Shown here piece after piece: positions 61,416 to 64,000 of a stretch of DNA of 64,000 bases; position 1 is the stretch's first letter, and every line of letters begins with the position of its first letter. Position numbers and translations under genes: made by a program. The DNA lies in assembly GCA_965223905.1 (NCBI GenBank), contig CBDCXV010000009.1, forward strand, positions 352,001-416,000, given 5' to 3'. The DNA is from Candidatus Latescibacterota bacterium (GTDB taxonomy: Bacteria > Latescibacterota > UBA2968 > UBA8231). Below the pieces are notes generated by a model, which was not told the DNA's origin, did not search any database, and saw nothing but the letters and a program-made list of their open reading frames with translations.

Positions 61416-62591
61416 ATGCAAATAACGCAGATCGAAATCAAGAATTACCGCTCCTTCCACCACGCCGTGTTCGGAAATCTCCCCCAGATGACCGCGGTCG
61501 TGGGGGCCAACGGCTCGGGAAAGTCCACGCTGTTCGACGTATTCTCCTTCCTCAAGGACGCACTGTCTCAGAACGTCGCCACGGCCGTGGCAAGACGTGG
61601 TGGATTCCGCGAACTCGTCAGCCGGGGGAAGACAGGGCCAATAGAAATCACGATCAAATTCCGCGAGAGGGAAGGGCCGCTAGCCACCTATCTCTTGCAG
61701 GTTGCCGAGGACCAAGGACGCGTAGTGGTGGACCGCGAGATTCTGCGATACCGGAGGGGCAGCCATGGCAAGCCCTGGCACTTTGTGGATTTCTCGAAGG
61801 GCAAGGGAAATGCAATTACGAATGAGTCGGTTTATGGTGAGGAAGGAGCCGTCGAGGCGCGTGAGGAATACGAGCTTGACGACCCGAGCATTCTGGCGAT
61901 CAAGGGCCTGGGTCAGTTCCGCGAATTCCGGTCCGTTTCGGAGTTTCGCGGGCTCATTGAGAACTGGCATGTCTCGGATTTCCACATTGCCGACGCCCGG
62001 CCCAGCAGCGAGGCCGGGTATGCGGAGCATCTGTCCAGCCGTGGCGATAATGTCGCCCAGGTAGCCCACTATCTCTACGAGAACCACCGCGACCGCTTCG
62101 ACGAGGTGCTGGAGGTTATGAGCCGCCGCGTTCCCGGGGTAAGCGGAGTTGAAGCTCGACCGACAGAGGACGGGCGGCTTGTCTTGCGTTTTCAAGACGG
62201 CAGCTTCAAGGACCCGTTCATTGCCCGTTACGTTTCCGACGGCACGATAAAAATGTTCGCCTATCTCGTGTTGCTGTATGACCCGAAGCCCCATCCCCTG
62301 CTTGCGGTCGAAGAACCCGAAAACCAGCTATACCCCCAATTGCTGACAGAGTTGGCCGAGGAGTTCCGGGACTACGCCCGAAGCGGCGGCCAGGTGTTCG
62401 TTTCGACACACTCCCCCGACTTCCTTAACGGGTTGAAACTGGATGAAATCTTTTGGCTGCTGAAGAAAGACGGCTTCACGACCGTGCACCGGGCGTCCGG
62501 CAGCGATCTGCTTAGAAGGCTTGTCGCAGAGGGAGACTTGCCGGGAGCCCTCTGGAAGCAGGGGCTTTTCGAGGGAGTTGGCCTCGGGTGA
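61416..62591 (+). CDS. ABC-type (AAA_21-like) ATPase
   Basis: GANGSGKS, signature VSDGT, Walker B AVEEPEN, STHS. Confidence 0.9.
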   Translation: MQITQIEIKNYRSFHHAVFGNLPQMTAVVGANGSGKSTLFDVFSFLKDALSQNVATAVARRGGFRELVSRGKTGPIEITIKFREREGPLATYLLQVAEDQGRVVVDREILRYRRGSHGKPWHFVDFSKGKGNAITNESVYGEEGAVEAREEYELDDPSILAIKGLGQFREFRSVSEFRGLIENWHVSDFHIADARPSSEAGYAEHLSSRGDNVAQVAHYLYENHRDRFDEVLEVMSRRVPGVSGVEARPTEDGRLVLRFQDGSFKDPFIARYVSDGTIKMFAYLVLLYDPKPHPLLAVEEPENQLYPQLLTELAEEFRDYARSGGQVFVSTHSPDFLNGLKLDEIFWLLKKDGFTTVHRASGSDLLRRLVAEGDLPGALWKQGLFEGVGLG

Positions 62592-63160
62592 ATCGAATCG
62601 TGTTCCTGTTGGAAGAAGACTCGATGAAGACCCTGCTGGACGGGCTGCTGCCGAGGCTGTTTCCGGAACTCCAATTCCTGTGCGTGCCACACGAGGGCAA
62701 ACAGGACTTGGAGAAAAGCATCCCGCGCAAGTTGAAGGCTTGGCGTGAGCCGGGCGTGCGTTTCGTTGTGTTGCGGGATCTTGACAGTGCGGATTGCATG
62801 GAAGTGAAGGAAAACCTTGTCCAGCTGTGCCGGAGATCCAGGCGGCGTGACGTTCTTGTCCGCTTGGTTTGTCAGGAGCTGGAGTCATGGTACGTCGGAG
62901 ACCCGGATGCCCTTGTGCTGGCGTACCCCCAATCCCGGCAGAGGACGATACGCGAACTGGGCAGGCGCCGATTCCGAAATCCGGATTCGGTCGTCCGGCC
63001 TTCCGATGCCATTCCCATGCTGATCCCCGAATTCCAGAAACGGTCCGGTGCCAGACGTATGGCGGAGTTCTTATCGAGAAACAACCGCTCTCGCAGCTTT
63101 CAGGTCTTCGCCGAAGGAATCGAAGGTTTGTGGGCCTCCATGCAAACCGCGAAAGGATAG
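62588..63160 (+). CDS. DUF4276-like TOPRIM-fold protein
   Basis: FLLEEDSM, HEGKQDL, LRDLD (DxD), ELESWY.GD, NRSRSF; GTGA overlap with the ATPase. Confidence 0.75.
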   Translation: MNRIVFLLEEDSMKTLLDGLLPRLFPELQFLCVPHEGKQDLEKSIPRKLKAWREPGVRFVVLRDLDSADCMEVKENLVQLCRRSRRRDVLVRLVCQELESWYVGDPDALVLAYPQSRQRTIRELGRRRFRNPDSVVRPSDAIPMLIPEFQKRSGARRMAEFLSRNNRSRSFQVFAEGIEGLWASMQTAKG

Positions 63161-63166
63161 GCAACG

Positions 63167-63525
63167 ATGGCAATCACGAACCACGAGCGCGTCGGCACGG
63201 CGATGGAGTTGCTCCGCCAGGGACTTGCCCCGTTCGTCGAACGCGAGCTGAACGACAAGGTCAAGAGGAACGCCGTCGACATGGACGTTCTTCGCCGCTT
63301 CGAGATCGACAAGCCGTACCGCGAGTGGGACGCGGCTGCCCTCCTCCGGCTGATGGGGGGATAACTGGAGGGACGTCTTCAGCGACACCCTCGGCTACAC
63401 AGAGCGCAGCCTGGTTTCCGAGCTGCGTGAATGGCGCAACAAGTGGGCGCACCAGGAGCGCTTCTCCAGCGACGATGCCGACCGCGCCCTTGACTCCGCG
63501 GAGCGTCTTCTCACCGCCGTTTCCC
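63167..63525 (+). pseudogene. 5' remnant of DUF499 ATPase (Swt1-like HEPN N-domain), frameshifted and truncated
   Basis: MAITNHERVG.AMELLRQGLAPFVERE...WDAAALLRLM | NWRDVF...ERSLVSELREWRNKWAHQERFSSDDADRALDS; shift in the G-run at 63355-63360. Confidence 0.8.
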
Positions 63526-64000
63526 GCCTGACCCTCAGCCCACTTGTGGCCATAGTCCTGGCCCTTGCGGCCGGTTGGCGGGTTCCGCGGACCGCCGTCC
63601 AGCCTGGTTCGACACCGGCCCCCCTGCCCCGGTTGCCGCTGTTCCCCTCGGGTTTTTCTGCCTGTCGGCGGGCTGCGGATGCGGGCCCTCCGCGCCGAGA
63701 TTCGACCGCACGGGCCCATTTCCTGCCGTTGCCCTTTGTGTCGCAAATTGAGACAGGCGTCGCATATCGCGACACATGGCCCTCACTGCCGTGCCCTGGG
63801 TTTTATAACCCGTTTATAAACAGTTGTTTGAACAGGTGAACCCCCTTCAGGAAACCCCTGGGGCAGGCGCAGGAATGTTTCAAAATGCGACACTCGACCC
63901 CTTTTTCCCCCGGCTTCTCTCCAATGCTTCAACTCGTTTATCTGCAAGTAGTTAGCTCCATTTCTTCGCAGATGGCACAGTCTTTGCACGCTCATACAGG

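Noticed and set aside
63602-63619. GGTTCGACACC T-loop-like motif near the island end (possible tRNA/att remnant)
   Set aside because: I could not fold a cloverleaf, and found no matching direct repeat or integrase in the window.

Overview
GC-rich bacterial chromosomal window. The Bacteroidota/spirochaete-type ParE/ParC, the C-terminal FlgD-Ig sorting domain, and the LRR, ankyrin, TPR, PhyH, TauD and sterol-desaturase genes suggest an FCB-group organism, possibly Latescibacterota-like and possibly a sponge symbiont. That assignment is inference only. Layout: 1-16.7 kb is intact core and metabolic genes: E1alpha/E1beta/E2-like, SDR, acetamidase, an rpsR missing from the ORF track, arfB, a sigma70 factor, oligoendopeptidase F, parC/parE, a DEAD-box helicase and an enolase-family gene. 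16.7-31.1 kb is an accessory region with many frameshifted or truncated genes and one intact RHH-RelE toxin-antitoxin pair. 31.2-38.2 kb is a tightly coupled specialised Hsp70 operon (beta-propeller, large helical-repeat protein, J protein with HPP instead of HPD, GrpE, Hsp70, Zn-ribbon/TPR protein). 41.5-45.3 kb is an overlapping pair of STAND-like ATPases with no effector domain. 45.5-52 kb holds a broken secreted LRR gene and miscellaneous genes. 52.2-63.5 kb is a decaying SNF2(DUF3883)-DUF1156-DUF499 restriction-like defence island carrying intact cargo: an HNH nuclease, a 44-aa basic peptide plus NDT/TIR-like enzyme cassette, tandem DUF488 genes, an MNT, and an ABC-ATPase plus DUF4276 TOPRIM-like pair. 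No rRNA, full tRNA, CRISPR array or intact transposase/integrase was seen. All family calls come from motif recognition by eye; no searches were run.
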